64,000 bases of DNA from Spirochaetia bacterium (lineage in GTDB: Bacteria > Spirochaetota > Spirochaetia > WTKD01 > G963693115), in the NCBI GenBank assembly GCA_965226055.1, contig CBDDCA010000006.1, forward strand, positions 384,001-448,000. The letters run 5' to 3'. The notes below the pieces were generated by a model. It made no database searches, was not told where the DNA came from, and saw nothing but the letters and a program-made list of their open reading frames with translations. The translations under genes were made by a program, and so were the position numbers. Below are positions 39,465 through 49,404 of this stretch, piece by piece. Numbering within the stretch: position 1 is the stretch's first letter; every line of letters begins with the position of its first letter.

Positions 39465-39603
39465 ATGCTCCTCCTTTCATCATAAATATATCATAGATGC
39501 TTTTTATATACAACATCCATACTTGCGATCTGTAAGAAAAGAACTTCTAATAATAAATACTACTATGAATTTACTTTGGTGATTAGGAGAGAAATAAAGG
39601 CTA

Positions 39604-39618
39604 CCCCCCCCCCCCCCC
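39604..39618 (-). repeat. Poly-G tract (G15 on coding strand) 140 bp upstream of the DUF285 gene
   Basis: 15 consecutive C on the + strand in an AT-rich genome. Confidence 0.9.
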
Positions 39619-39843
39619 AATTTCCCCGCTCCAACACTGTAACCCTTTGCGTTTGACTATATATGTATCATCATATGTATAATATATATGTATCATCGTA
39701 TTCATATAATATACTCCATATTTATAGTAGCATATTACCGTAAATAATGTTGAAGTACAATATTAAGATACTTGGTATCTACAGATACTTTTTGTATACT
39801 AATATCAGATGAGCAGCTTATATATGGGTGTTATTATAATTAT

Positions 39844-40512
39844 ATGCATGAAATAACACCATCACATACATATCTCTTTCAGAAAGATACCATCACAGTT
39901 GCACAACAGTTATTACACTATGCCTTTGTGTGTATTGAGAAACATGCTGTCACTGGAGGAGCTATTGTAGAAACTGAAGCGTATACAAAAAATGATCCTT
40001 GTTCTCATTCATATAAAGGCAAAACATATCGCAATAGAGCTATGTTTCTCAGTGCTGGACATATCTATGTATATCGCATATATGGAATACACCTTTGCGT
40101 AAATATAGTAACAGAAAAAGAAAACTGTGGGGAAGCAGTACTTATACGTGCATTAGAACCTTTATGGGGAATAGAGAACATGAAAACACAAAGATCTAAA
40201 CATGATATTTATTCTCTTTGTAATGGACCAGGAAAACTTACACAAGCACTTTCAATTACTATGCACTACAACACACTTTTATGTCCTCTGTTTCATTCAA
40301 TACCAGAAGCACAACAATACACAAAAGATACACGCAATGCTATACTTTGCCTAGTGCCATTATATCCAACACTCCCTTCATTCATACAATCTAAAAAAGA
40401 TAGCCTTTCACACTCCATAGCTTGTAGTACTCGCATTGGAGTACAGGAAGATAATCCACAACTACATCGCTTTTACCGTAAGCATAACATGTATGTATCT
40501 AAAAAAAGATAA
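39844..40512 (+). CDS. mpg: 3-methyladenine DNA glycosylase
   Basis: 'IVETEAY', 'YVYRIYG.H.C.NIV', 'AVLIRALEP', 'NGPGKL'. Confidence 0.92.
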   Translation: MHEITPSHTYLFQKDTITVAQQLLHYAFVCIEKHAVTGGAIVETEAYTKNDPCSHSYKGKTYRNRAMFLSAGHIYVYRIYGIHLCVNIVTEKENCGEAVLIRALEPLWGIENMKTQRSKHDIYSLCNGPGKLTQALSITMHYNTLLCPLFHSIPEAQQYTKDTRNAILCLVPLYPTLPSFIQSKKDSLSHSIACSTRIGVQEDNPQLHRFYRKHNMYVSKKR

Positions 40513-40524
40513 TAATCGATCATG

Positions 40525-41679
40525 CTATGTTTTCTGTTGTAATATGTACATACTCTTTTCCCACTGTATCATTTCATATGTAGTAAAAAAAGCTGGTAAG
40601 GTAATATATGCATACATGTTGTTATTATGTGTAAACAAAGATTGAGAGGACACATAAAACCCATGTGCAAAAAATACTTCTCGTATATACTGATACTGTA
40701 ACATATCATTCACAGGAAAGCTAATGTATATTCCTTGTTGTTTCCATGACTTATTAGGAAGAGGAAGCAGCATAGCATCTTGTGTATGTTTATTGTTATG
40801 CCATTTTCCCTGAACATCAGTACTATTATTTGCATGGGGAGAAATATTATTACTGTCTTTATTATTACCACAATCAATAACAAGAATATCTTTTCTGTTT
40901 CTTGTATGCGTAGGAGGCATACGAAATACCATACCATGTTTTTGTAATAGAATAAGAGAATACGTGAGTCCTGTAAGCATTACTGGATTGATAGAAGATA
41001 CTATAAGATTAAAAATAGTCTTTTGTTTTGTAGATACAGTATCAGATACCGTTATTGCTCTCATAGTGTCAGCCATATCTTGTGAATGTACTCCATTTTT
41101 TTTCTTGCATAAAAACAAAGGACTATTGTGCCACGCAAAGGGAATCAATGGACTGACAATACTATCACAGCTTTTGGGAGTAGCATATACTGTATTGTAA
41201 AGATCATCAAATGATATACCGCAATATGGACGCCATGTATACCCTCTTGGCACAATATCTTTTGTGTCCATCGCAGTATCTTGTTCAGTATGATGAGAAA
41301 GAAAAGCAAGCGTATCAATGATATCAATATCTTTGGCTTGTTTTTTTTCAAATTTATTTTCAAACAATGCATCACAAACAGATTCAGTATACATTCCATA
41401 GTTAGCATGAAACCCGTACTGATAAAAAGCAAGGCCTTGAATTTCATAATAGGGAAATACCTTATCAAAAGTTCTTAGAAACTGTTTTATATATCGTGTT
41501 GTTATAGTTCCCCATATTCCCTGAGAAAGTGTATTCTTTATTTTGTTTGATACTGCACAAGGCGTATGTCCCCATACTGCTCGTCCATTACAGAGATCAA
41601 GATCGACAAAACGCTTACCATGTGCATATACATAATATCCCCTTGCTCGTGTAAACTCAGTATCTATGGGTAAGTTCAT
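40525..41679 (-). CDS. Hypothetical protein, N-terminus resembling class III aminotransferases
   Basis: 'RARGYYVY..GKRFVDL...G.AVWGH'; remainder highly diverged. Confidence 0.5.
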   Translation of the reverse strand: MNLPIDTEFTRARGYYVYAHGKRFVDLDLCNGRAVWGHTPCAVSNKIKNTLSQGIWGTITTRYIKQFLRTFDKVFPYYEIQGLAFYQYGFHANYGMYTESVCDALFENKFEKKQAKDIDIIDTLAFLSHHTEQDTAMDTKDIVPRGYTWRPYCGISFDDLYNTVYATPKSCDSIVSPLIPFAWHNSPLFLCKKKNGVHSQDMADTMRAITVSDTVSTKQKTIFNLIVSSINPVMLTGLTYSLILLQKHGMVFRMPPTHTRNRKDILVIDCGNNKDSNNISPHANNSTDVQGKWHNNKHTQDAMLLPLPNKSWKQQGIYISFPVNDMLQYQYIREVFFAHGFYVSSQSLFTHNNNMYAYITLPAFFTTYEMIQWEKSMYILQQKT

Positions 41680-41732
41680 ACATTATAGAGTAGGATTACC
41701 AGTATCCTCAGTATTATTTCTATAGGGACTCA

Positions 41733-43889
41733 TTATTCTTCCTTTCTCAATTTCGGAGTATATTTAGGAATAAACAATGCCTCATAATCATTTGTAAATT
41801 CAACTTCAACAATTTGGTGCTTATTAGTACGTTTTACCTTTTTAACATACCCACCACCATATTCTTCATGATACACTTTTTGTCCCACTTTCCATTCATC
41901 ATCATTTTCATCTCCTTGATACCTATCACTACCATACGAAGAAGGAGTACTGCTCATAGCAGCATACTGACTCTTCCACACTAAAGATGTATCTATTTGA
42001 GACAAAAATAATGAAGGAGCACAATGCCTGAAATATCCGTATTGCCTACGTTGAAGACAATAACTCAGTACTAAGTGTTTTTTTGCTCTTGTAGCTCCTA
42101 CATAGAATAATCTGCGTTCTTCTTCATAATCAGGAATTTCTGCCTCTCTCTCATATGGCAACACTCCTTCTTCTATCCCACAGATAAGTACCGTATCAAA
42201 CTCAAGTCCCTTAGAACGATGTAAACTCATAAGCTGTACAGAAGCGTTTTGTGTACGAGCTCTTTGTTCTACTAAAGAAATTTGTTCAAAAAAATGGCCC
42301 CATTGCACTTCAGTATTTGCAAAATCAGAAGCAAAGCTTATTATTTCCTCCAAGTTACGTACTTTGTCTGTACCCTGTTGTATATCTTGTTTGCGATAGT
42401 GTTCTTTTAGCCCACTTTTATCCAACAAAACAATAAGGCATTCCCCTATTGATGAACTTGCATCAATATCAGAAACAGCAAATATATCTCGAAATGCACT
42501 AAATCCTTCCTGTGCCTTTTTTGACAATGTATGCAACAAAGATTCATCTTCAATAATATCGTACCATGTACACCCTTCTTTCATATATTGCACTATTTGT
42601 TTTACCGATGCTGCTCCAATGCCTCGCACAGGCTTGTTTATTATTCTTTGAATACTTATAAAATCATTACCATTTTTTAATACACGTAACAAAGAAAGTG
42701 CATCTTTTACTTCTTCCCTATCATAAAAGGAAGTTCCTCCCACAATCTCATAAGGTATTCCTGCTTGAATAAGTGCAGTCTCATATCCACGTGAAAAAGA
42801 ATTTAAACGAAAGAAAATACCTACATTACTATTAGTATCCAATGCTTGTTGTGCTAATGCAGTAATACAATGTCGTTCTTGACTCTCATCTAAAAAACAG
42901 AGTACTTCTGGTTTGTCTCCATCCTGCAAGTGAGAATATATCTCTTTTTTATGTCTTCCTTGATTATGAGAAACAATATCATTTGCAAGTCGTATTATTT
43001 GATTTGTAGAACGATAATTTTCTTCAAGACGTATCAGTGAAGCATTGGTAAAATGTGATGTAAAGGTAAGAATATGTTCAACAATAGCTCCTCTAAATTT
43101 ATAAATAGACTGATCATCATCTCCCACCACACATATATTTGCTGTATGGCTACATAATAAATCTAACAAAAGAAATTGAATGGTGTTTGTGTCTTGATAT
43201 TCATCCACAAGATACCAGCTCCATAAGGCATGTATTGCTTCTAACGTATCTTTATTTTCTCGTAACAGTAAATATGGTTTTAGCAACAAATCACCAAAAT
43301 CAACATTTCCTGTCTTCTGCTTTGCCTCTTCATACGCTCTATAATGATACCTATCGAGCTTAATATGTTCTATCAAGGCATCCTCTGATTGAGGAGTAAG
43401 CCCTCGTTCTTTTACTATAGAAATTTTTCTTAAAGAGCTTTCTGCTGTTTTTGCATCTACAGAAGGCAGAGCTTCTTTAATAAGTGCTTTTTGATCACTA
43501 CTATCATAGATCTGAAAGGTTTGAGGTAAATCCACCAAATTATGAAACAAGCGTAAAATATATGCTCCAAAAGAATGAAATGTGCTAATAAAGGGCCGTT
43601 GTGAGTAATGAACATATGTTCCTATACTCTCTTTTACTCTCTGACTCATTTCTTTTGCAGCTTTATTTGTAAAAGTCATCGCTAATATTTTAGACGGCTC
43701 TACATGTGCCTCTTCTATAAGCCATGCTATTTTTGTGGTAATAACTTTTGTTTTTCCTGACCCTGGCCCTGCCAGAATAAGCAAAGGAGAGCCTGTATGC
43801 ACCACCGAACGATACTGTGCATCATTAAGCTGTTCTAACTGTGTCTGAAGCATATTAACACTCTCTGTAGCATTCTTCATAGAAGACAT
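41733..43889 (-). CDS. ATP-dependent DNA helicase UvrD/PcrA
   Basis: 'AGPGSGKT', 'VDEYQDTN', 'VGDDDQSIYKFRGA', 'LEENYRS', 'SKGLEF', 'EERRLFYVG.TRA'. Confidence 0.95.
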   Translation of the reverse strand: MSSMKNATESVNMLQTQLEQLNDAQYRSVVHTGSPLLILAGPGSGKTKVITTKIAWLIEEAHVEPSKILAMTFTNKAAKEMSQRVKESIGTYVHYSQRPFISTFHSFGAYILRLFHNLVDLPQTFQIYDSSDQKALIKEALPSVDAKTAESSLRKISIVKERGLTPQSEDALIEHIKLDRYHYRAYEEAKQKTGNVDFGDLLLKPYLLLRENKDTLEAIHALWSWYLVDEYQDTNTIQFLLLDLLCSHTANICVVGDDDQSIYKFRGAIVEHILTFTSHFTNASLIRLEENYRSTNQIIRLANDIVSHNQGRHKKEIYSHLQDGDKPEVLCFLDESQERHCITALAQQALDTNSNVGIFFRLNSFSRGYETALIQAGIPYEIVGGTSFYDREEVKDALSLLRVLKNGNDFISIQRIINKPVRGIGAASVKQIVQYMKEGCTWYDIIEDESLLHTLSKKAQEGFSAFRDIFAVSDIDASSSIGECLIVLLDKSGLKEHYRKQDIQQGTDKVRNLEEIISFASDFANTEVQWGHFFEQISLVEQRARTQNASVQLMSLHRSKGLEFDTVLICGIEEGVLPYEREAEIPDYEEERRLFYVGATRAKKHLVLSYCLQRRQYGYFRHCAPSLFLSQIDTSLVWKSQYAAMSSTPSSYGSDRYQGDENDDEWKVGQKVYHEEYGGGYVKKVKRTNKHQIVEVEFTNDYEALFIPKYTPKLRKEE

Positions 43890-43901
43890 ATATATACATG
43901 C

Positions 43902-44981
43902 CTATGGACGAGGCACAAACTTCAATACCTCATTACTCTGTTCTGTTACCCAAAGCAGATCAAATACAAAAGGGAGTGCATTTTTCGATATATTCAAAGC
44001 AATATCGTTAATAGAAATAGTAACATTTGCGTCATTCGAAAGATATATTGTTCCCTGATCCTGTACAGTAGTAACATACGACTCATTATTGAGCGAGCGT
44101 TTTTCTACTACTACTGTATTATTTGAAACTATACGAAAAAATGTTTCTGCCGTAAAATCTAAAGAAATCTTAATAGGCTCACGGTTTTTTGTAACAAGAA
44201 TATTCTCTATTTCAGTATCACTATCTATGCTAGGAAACTCTGACTGTAACTGAAAATTACCGTTTACTAAATCTTGATTGTTTACCCTAGGATCTATCCG
44301 AATAAGTAATGTACCATCTTCTTTATTTTGTTCTCTCATAATCAGTAAATAATCAATACTCCCATCATTATCCACATCAATTTGATTTGGAACATTCCGT
44401 TCTAATTGTAAAGTGTTACTCCCAATAGTTACTACTGCATCATCCACAGAGACAATAGTAAATTTTCTTGTAAGACTTGAACCAATAATGGCTACCTCTT
44501 CTCCTTCCGAAAATATCCTCTCATATAGCCCTCCTATTTGTTCAAGATTCTCTACCGAAACTTCTTCTTTCACATCTTGTGTTGGTATAACATCTTGTAT
44601 CATAACAACAATTTGTTCTCGATAAAAAATTACTATTGCTAACAATGAAACAACAATAAACAAAAACGATAGCCGAGACAATATCTTTTTACGTTTCTTT
44701 TTCTTATTTTGTTGTAAACTGATTAAATCAAACTCTACTGGTTTCTCATGCATTGCATTTAATTCAAGCAGTTCAAGTACTTTACTGGGATCTAATCGAA
44801 GATACCGAGCATACAACATAAGAGTTCCTTTTAAGTATGTCTCAGCAGGAAAGGACTCTTTTTGCATTGTTTCAAGTGCTATCAATTTTTGAACAGAAAT
44901 TTTAGTATCTTGCGATGCTTTTTCAAGAGTGATGCCTAACTTTTCTCTTGTTATCCTTAGTATTGTTCCATACTCATTCAT
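43902..44981 (-). CDS. RodZ-like helix-turn-helix membrane protein
   Basis: N-terminal HTH 'G..LR..RE..GITLE...DTKIS', 'YLKG....YA..L.LD', single TM. Confidence 0.75.
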   Translation of the reverse strand: MNEYGTILRITREKLGITLEKASQDTKISVQKLIALETMQKESFPAETYLKGTLMLYARYLRLDPSKVLELLELNAMHEKPVEFDLISLQQNKKKKRKKILSRLSFLFIVVSLLAIVIFYREQIVVMIQDVIPTQDVKEEVSVENLEQIGGLYERIFSEGEEVAIIGSSLTRKFTIVSVDDAVVTIGSNTLQLERNVPNQIDVDNDGSIDYLLIMREQNKEDGTLLIRIDPRVNNQDLVNGNFQLQSEFPSIDSDTEIENILVTKNREPIKISLDFTAETFFRIVSNNTVVVEKRSLNNESYVTTVQDQGTIYLSNDANVTISINDIALNISKNALPFVFDLLWVTEQSNEVLKFVPRP

Positions 44982-45855
44982 TATTTACTACTTCCTCTTT
45001 TATTTCAGATTCTTTATAAAACAAATTATCAATAACTGGTGCAGTTGCTGGTGCTTCAAAAACAAAAGTTGAATCTGGAATACCTTCATTCACAAATATA
45101 TTTATAAAATCAAACTGTATATTCTCATTATTAAATGTCACTGCCTCAACCCGATAAATAAGATTGTCTCTCCCTATTGATAACACAATATCTCTAAAAC
45201 TTTGTACTGACGATTTTCTTCTGAGACGAATTTTCACTACCTTGCGCTCTTCAAAACTGGTTCTTCGTGAAAACAATGTATTAGCTCTACTTATTACTTC
45301 TTTATCATTTTCTAAAGCAACGTACTCTGGAGTATCAAAATAGGAAACAGAATAATTTTTCAATAATATATCTAGTCCTGTACGTGTCACAAATGTTCCT
45401 GCGGAACTTTGTGTTTCGCTTCTCTTTTGATGAAGTACTACATTCTCAGTAGGAAGATATACATAAAAATCTTCACCATCACTGTTAATAATCTGCCCTT
45501 GAGGCTTACGATATGCAATATGCAATTTTGTAGGAGGCTTTATATATATTTCACAATATGCAACTTCTCCATTATGGGTAATAATCAACAATGACTGTAA
45601 ATCGTCCATCTGCCCATAACGAGCAGCAACAGTTTCCATAAAATCTCTCGCAGTAACAATGTACTGAGCTTGTTCATTCAAAGCATCGTTCTCTTGCTCT
45701 TGAACAAGCTCCTGTGTTTCCTGTGCAGTTACCACTATAGGAGAAATATACGACACTATACCCATAAAAAACAGCATATGAGTACATTTTTTTATTATAT
45801 ATGAAACAGTGTGCAGTATATTCATACGGCTTTTCACTCTATTTAGCATTGTCAT
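44974..45855 (-). CDS. Outer-membrane lipoprotein carrier LolA-like protein
   Basis: 'KPP.KL.I.Y..P.GQ.I.SDG...YVY.P', 'N.GIPDS.F.F..P'; start uncertain. Confidence 0.75.
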   Translation of the reverse strand: MTMLNRVKSRMNILHTVSYIIKKCTHMLFFMGIVSYISPIVVTAQETQELVQEQENDALNEQAQYIVTARDFMETVAARYGQMDDLQSLLIITHNGEVAYCEIYIKPPTKLHIAYRKPQGQIINSDGEDFYVYLPTENVVLHQKRSETQSSAGTFVTRTGLDILLKNYSVSYFDTPEYVALENDKEVISRANTLFSRRTSFEERKVVKIRLRRKSSVQSFRDIVLSIGRDNLIYRVEAVTFNNENIQFDFINIFVNEGIPDSTFVFEAPATAPVIDNLFYKESEIKEEVVNNE

Positions 45856-46011
45856 TCTATCTATAGTAAGTATAGTGAAAATAAAGAATAATTTCTAATA
45901 CTCATACTCTATGAAAAGTAATTATATACTTATTATAAATAAGGGGATATACAAAGAAAAAAGAGTGAATTTAGAGTATATAAGCTACTTTATAAAAATC
46001 TTTCCATATGT

Positions 46012-46506
46012 TCAATATAGTCCTATTCTAACTTTCATTGCTGGAACAGAAACCTTAAAATCATCTGCTAGCCTCTTTACTATTTTATCTTGACCTCTTA
46101 TATTTTCATATGTATCTAATGCTTTTTTTATAGTCTCAGCTGGCATAATTATATCAGAAGCTAAGCGATTTGCTTCAATTTCTATTTTATTTGATAAACC
46201 ACTACGATATAAGGTATCATCTTCTATCCCATCCCCAATATGTTCTTTATGTAAGAAAAAATGTGCTAGTTCATGTGCTAGCGTAAATCTTTTTATTTCT
46301 TCAGGATGTAAAACACTAACATATATGGTATATCTACCTTTATTATCATTTTTGAAAATTTTTCCTGCTATGTTGCCCATCCATTTATACTCTACTTCTA
46401 TATCATATGTATCAGCTATAGCACGTAAATCAATAGGATAATGTGATAATAATTGCTTATCTGTTAAGTCCTGTAATATTTCTTGCATATGCCTCACCAA
46501 TTTCAT
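46012..46506 (-). CDS. ImmA/IrrE family metallopeptidase
   Basis: 'RFTLAHELAH', 'EIEANRLA..I.MP', 'FKVS..AM.VR'. Confidence 0.9.
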   Translation of the reverse strand: MKLVRHMQEILQDLTDKQLLSHYPIDLRAIADTYDIEVEYKWMGNIAGKIFKNDNKGRYTIYVSVLHPEEIKRFTLAHELAHFFLHKEHIGDGIEDDTLYRSGLSNKIEIEANRLASDIIMPAETIKKALDTYENIRGQDKIVKRLADDFKVSVPAMKVRIGLY

Positions 46507-46513
46507 TATTATA

Positions 46514-46768
46514 CTATAAGTATTTATCTTTTGTTTTATCTAAGATTTCTTTTTTTGTTATTGTACTGATATTCCTTTCAGCAAAAGCCTCATTTATCGA
46601 TTCATCTAATAGGTATTTACTCTGTTCATAATATTGTGTTTTTACACGCTTTTCTATTTTTTCTTCTATTATATCTTGTATTTTTTGCCAACCAATAAAT
46701 CCAAATACTGCAATTCCTACTGACATTGCAGCTAAAATAATATAGAGAGAAAAACTACTGCTACTCAT
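46514..46768 (-). CDS. Small single-TM hypothetical protein
   Basis: Hydrophobic segment 'IAVFGFIGW' then a charged tail; start uncertain, overlaps the apbE end. Confidence 0.5.
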   Translation of the reverse strand: MSSSSFSLYIILAAMSVGIAVFGFIGWQKIQDIIEEKIEKRVKTQYYEQSKYLLDESINEAFAERNISTITKKEILDKTKDKYL

Positions 46769-47873
46769 CCATCGTGTACTCTTTGCTCGCAAGCTCCACA
46801 TTATCTTTTAGCCCCGAACTGACAACAATAGTTTTATTACGAGTAATAAAAATTGCTTCAGCTTCAGGTTGTGCTTCAATAAATGAGTAAGCTTCCTCAA
46901 ACCCCATCACAAACACCGCTGTCGCTAATGCGTCTGCCACAACACTCTTACTATGAACAATAGTCACACTTAACAAAGTATTGCGTGCAGGATACCCTGT
47001 CCGAGGATCCAGTATATGAAAATACTCTTTTCCGTCTACTTCAAAGTAACGCTCATATACCCCACTCGTAACAATAGACATTCCTGCAGTATTGAATATT
47101 TTTAAGACAAGCACATACTCACCAGGAGCATATGGTTTTTGAATACCTATGTTCCATGACTTTCCCTGTTGCTTTTCACCAAAAACAACAATATTTCCTC
47201 CAAAATCTAAGATAGCTGCTGTTACCCCTTGATCTTGCAAGTATGTTTTTACAAGATCAGCCGCATACCCTTTCGCAATAGCCCCTACATCAATACTCTG
47301 TCCCACTCCTAAACGTAATACATTCCCTTCAAGAGACATAGACTGCCAATGTACCTTTGCAAGCTGTAATTGTATTTCATTATCGTCTGGAACAAAGGCC
47401 TCTCCTGAATTAAACCCCCACACATCCACTACAGGACTTATAGTAGGATCAAACGCTCCATTGCTCATCCGTGCTATATCAATACTCACCGCAAGCACCT
47501 CTGCAAGCTCTGCAGGAACAACATAATCACGCATATTACGAATATCTGTATAGTCTACTCCTTTTTCACTCAATGCCTGGCTCATATTTTCTCCACGATA
47601 GAATTGTGCCAGTGCATCTTGAGACTGTCTATTGATGTCTAGTAATACAGTAGAATCATAATCATCACTTGACACCGACATCATTTGCTCTATACTCTTT
47701 ATTGTACGAAAAGACTGTTGAATAAGATTCTGTGTTCCACCCTCTATAAGTTGTATTGACACTACTGTACCTAAAAGAAGCTCTGCGTCACTATAATTAC
47801 TCTTTTGACAAGATAAAATGAATACAGATATAATAAAGATAATAAAGATATTTTTTCTTATTGTAAATCGCAT
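46761..47873 (-). CDS. apbE: FAD:protein FMN transferase (lipoprotein)
   Basis: Lipobox ILSC; 'GAFDPT', 'DVGAIAKGYAAD', 'TSGVYERYF', 'HILDPRTG', 'ADALATA'. Confidence 0.95.
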   Translation of the reverse strand: MRFTIRKNIFIIFIISVFILSCQKSNYSDAELLLGTVVSIQLIEGGTQNLIQQSFRTIKSIEQMMSVSSDDYDSTVLLDINRQSQDALAQFYRGENMSQALSEKGVDYTDIRNMRDYVVPAELAEVLAVSIDIARMSNGAFDPTISPVVDVWGFNSGEAFVPDDNEIQLQLAKVHWQSMSLEGNVLRLGVGQSIDVGAIAKGYAADLVKTYLQDQGVTAAILDFGGNIVVFGEKQQGKSWNIGIQKPYAPGEYVLVLKIFNTAGMSIVTSGVYERYFEVDGKEYFHILDPRTGYPARNTLLSVTIVHSKSVVADALATAVFVMGFEEAYSFIEAQPEAEAIFITRNKTIVVSSGLKDNVELASKEYTMDE

Positions 47874-47929
47874 AATTTGTACTATATTTTAATAATAGTA
47901 TACTATCTTTATAGGAGCTTGCCATTATT

Positions 47930-49366
47930 ATGAAACTTCCAGAAAATGAAAATCATTATCCAATCCTTCATTACTTTGAATATGATTTCTTACATATGTA
48001 TGAAAGAACATGGACCAGCATAGAGAATAGTTGGGAAACACTCAATGTAGATCCCGAACACTCTTTTGGGTGCATACACTATGAAAACATGAAAAGCATT
48101 AATCTTGTTGATGCTGCCTGCGCTCAATTTTACCTACTGTATTCAAACGATAGATTCAATCCTACCAGCACATTAGATTTTTTCTATGCTCATCAAGAAG
48201 AAAATGGAGCTATACGTGCTAACTACGACATACAAACTTTTAAGCCAATACTGAAGAAAGATAACCCCGAAGGCATATCTTGCCCTATTATATTATGGGC
48301 AGAATATAATCATTTCAATAAGACAGATAACAAAAAACGCCTCAAAGAAATTATTCCTAAACTGGACAATTATCTTAATTGGCTTATATCACTTACTAAA
48401 AAACCCAATGGCTTATTCCATGCTCCATTGAGTGCTACATTCCTGCCTGGTCCTGCACGAAAAAATACCTATTATCCCATAGACTTTAATGTATTCATGG
48501 CAGCAGCATTTAATTTTATGTCAAAGCTCACCAACTTTACTAACCATCGCAATTTAGTTATCAAATACACAAAAATGTTCTATCAATTAAAATCGCTTAT
48601 TAACAATCACTTTTGGGACAACAGCGATAAAATTTACTACGATTTAGATGAACATATGAATCATATAAAAGTGAAAACAATACTTTCCTTTTTTCCATTG
48701 CTTGCAAATATACCAAAAAGTGATAAATATAACTCTTTAATGAGATACCTCAAAAGTCCAGAACATTTTCAAACAGATCATCCTTTCCCTTGCATATCTC
48801 TTAGTGATTCTCATTTTTCATCTTCGGGACAAATATACAAAGGAAGTGTTCATTTTCTCCTTAATTTCATTCTTATCAAAGGACTAGAACAATACGAAAG
48901 CCATGAATTTTTACGAGAATGTATTATCAAACATCTTTACGGTGTACTTTCTGTATTTGAATCGGAAGACAAAGAGCTATCTGACACATTTTGGGAAGCA
49001 TATCATGCAAAAAAAGAGCTTCCTGCAAAATCAACAAAAGCTATTACTGTTCGTCCTAACTTTACTATTCATGCAGCCTTAGCAACTATTGTGTTAATGA
49101 TAGAAAATATTATTGGAATAGAAATTAATTTACCAAAAAAAATGTTACATTGGGTTATCCCTAACCTTGAAGAACTCGGCATCGAATACATTCAACTCAA
49201 AAAGAACTATATCTCAACATTATTGGTAAAAAATAAACGAGGGTGGGAGATACGCCACAGCTCTGAAAAACTCTATTACTTTTCGGTAGATGTGCTAGAG
49301 ATGAGCAAGAAAAAAACACTCCCTTTTCCTTCGGGAAAATGCTCTTTGTTATTAGAAAAGCTATAA
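47930..49366 (+). CDS. MGH1/trehalase-like glycoside hydrolase domain protein
   Basis: 'LDFFY..QEENGAI', 'WAEYN', 'INNHFWD..DKIYYD', 'KTI.SFFPL.A', 'YKGSV'. Confidence 0.7.
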   Translation: MKLPENENHYPILHYFEYDFLHMYERTWTSIENSWETLNVDPEHSFGCIHYENMKSINLVDAACAQFYLLYSNDRFNPTSTLDFFYAHQEENGAIRANYDIQTFKPILKKDNPEGISCPIILWAEYNHFNKTDNKKRLKEIIPKLDNYLNWLISLTKKPNGLFHAPLSATFLPGPARKNTYYPIDFNVFMAAAFNFMSKLTNFTNHRNLVIKYTKMFYQLKSLINNHFWDNSDKIYYDLDEHMNHIKVKTILSFFPLLANIPKSDKYNSLMRYLKSPEHFQTDHPFPCISLSDSHFSSSGQIYKGSVHFLLNFILIKGLEQYESHEFLRECIIKHLYGVLSVFESEDKELSDTFWEAYHAKKELPAKSTKAITVRPNFTIHAALATIVLMIENIIGIEINLPKKMLHWVIPNLEELGIEYIQLKKNYISTLLVKNKRGWEIRHSSEKLYYFSVDVLEMSKKKTLPFPSGKCSLLLEKL

Positions 49367-49396
49367 CAAGAGAGTGCATAACACTCTCTTGTTATA
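49362..49396. terminator. Bidirectional terminator between convergent genes
   Basis: 15-bp perfect stem tataacaagagagtg / cataa / cactctcttgttata. Confidence 0.8.
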
Positions 49397-49404
49397 TGTA
49401 TACC

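Noticed and set aside
37546-39582. Long plus-strand ORFs opposite the DUF285 gene
   Set aside because: Antisense shadows of repetitive coding sequence; no RBS or family motifs
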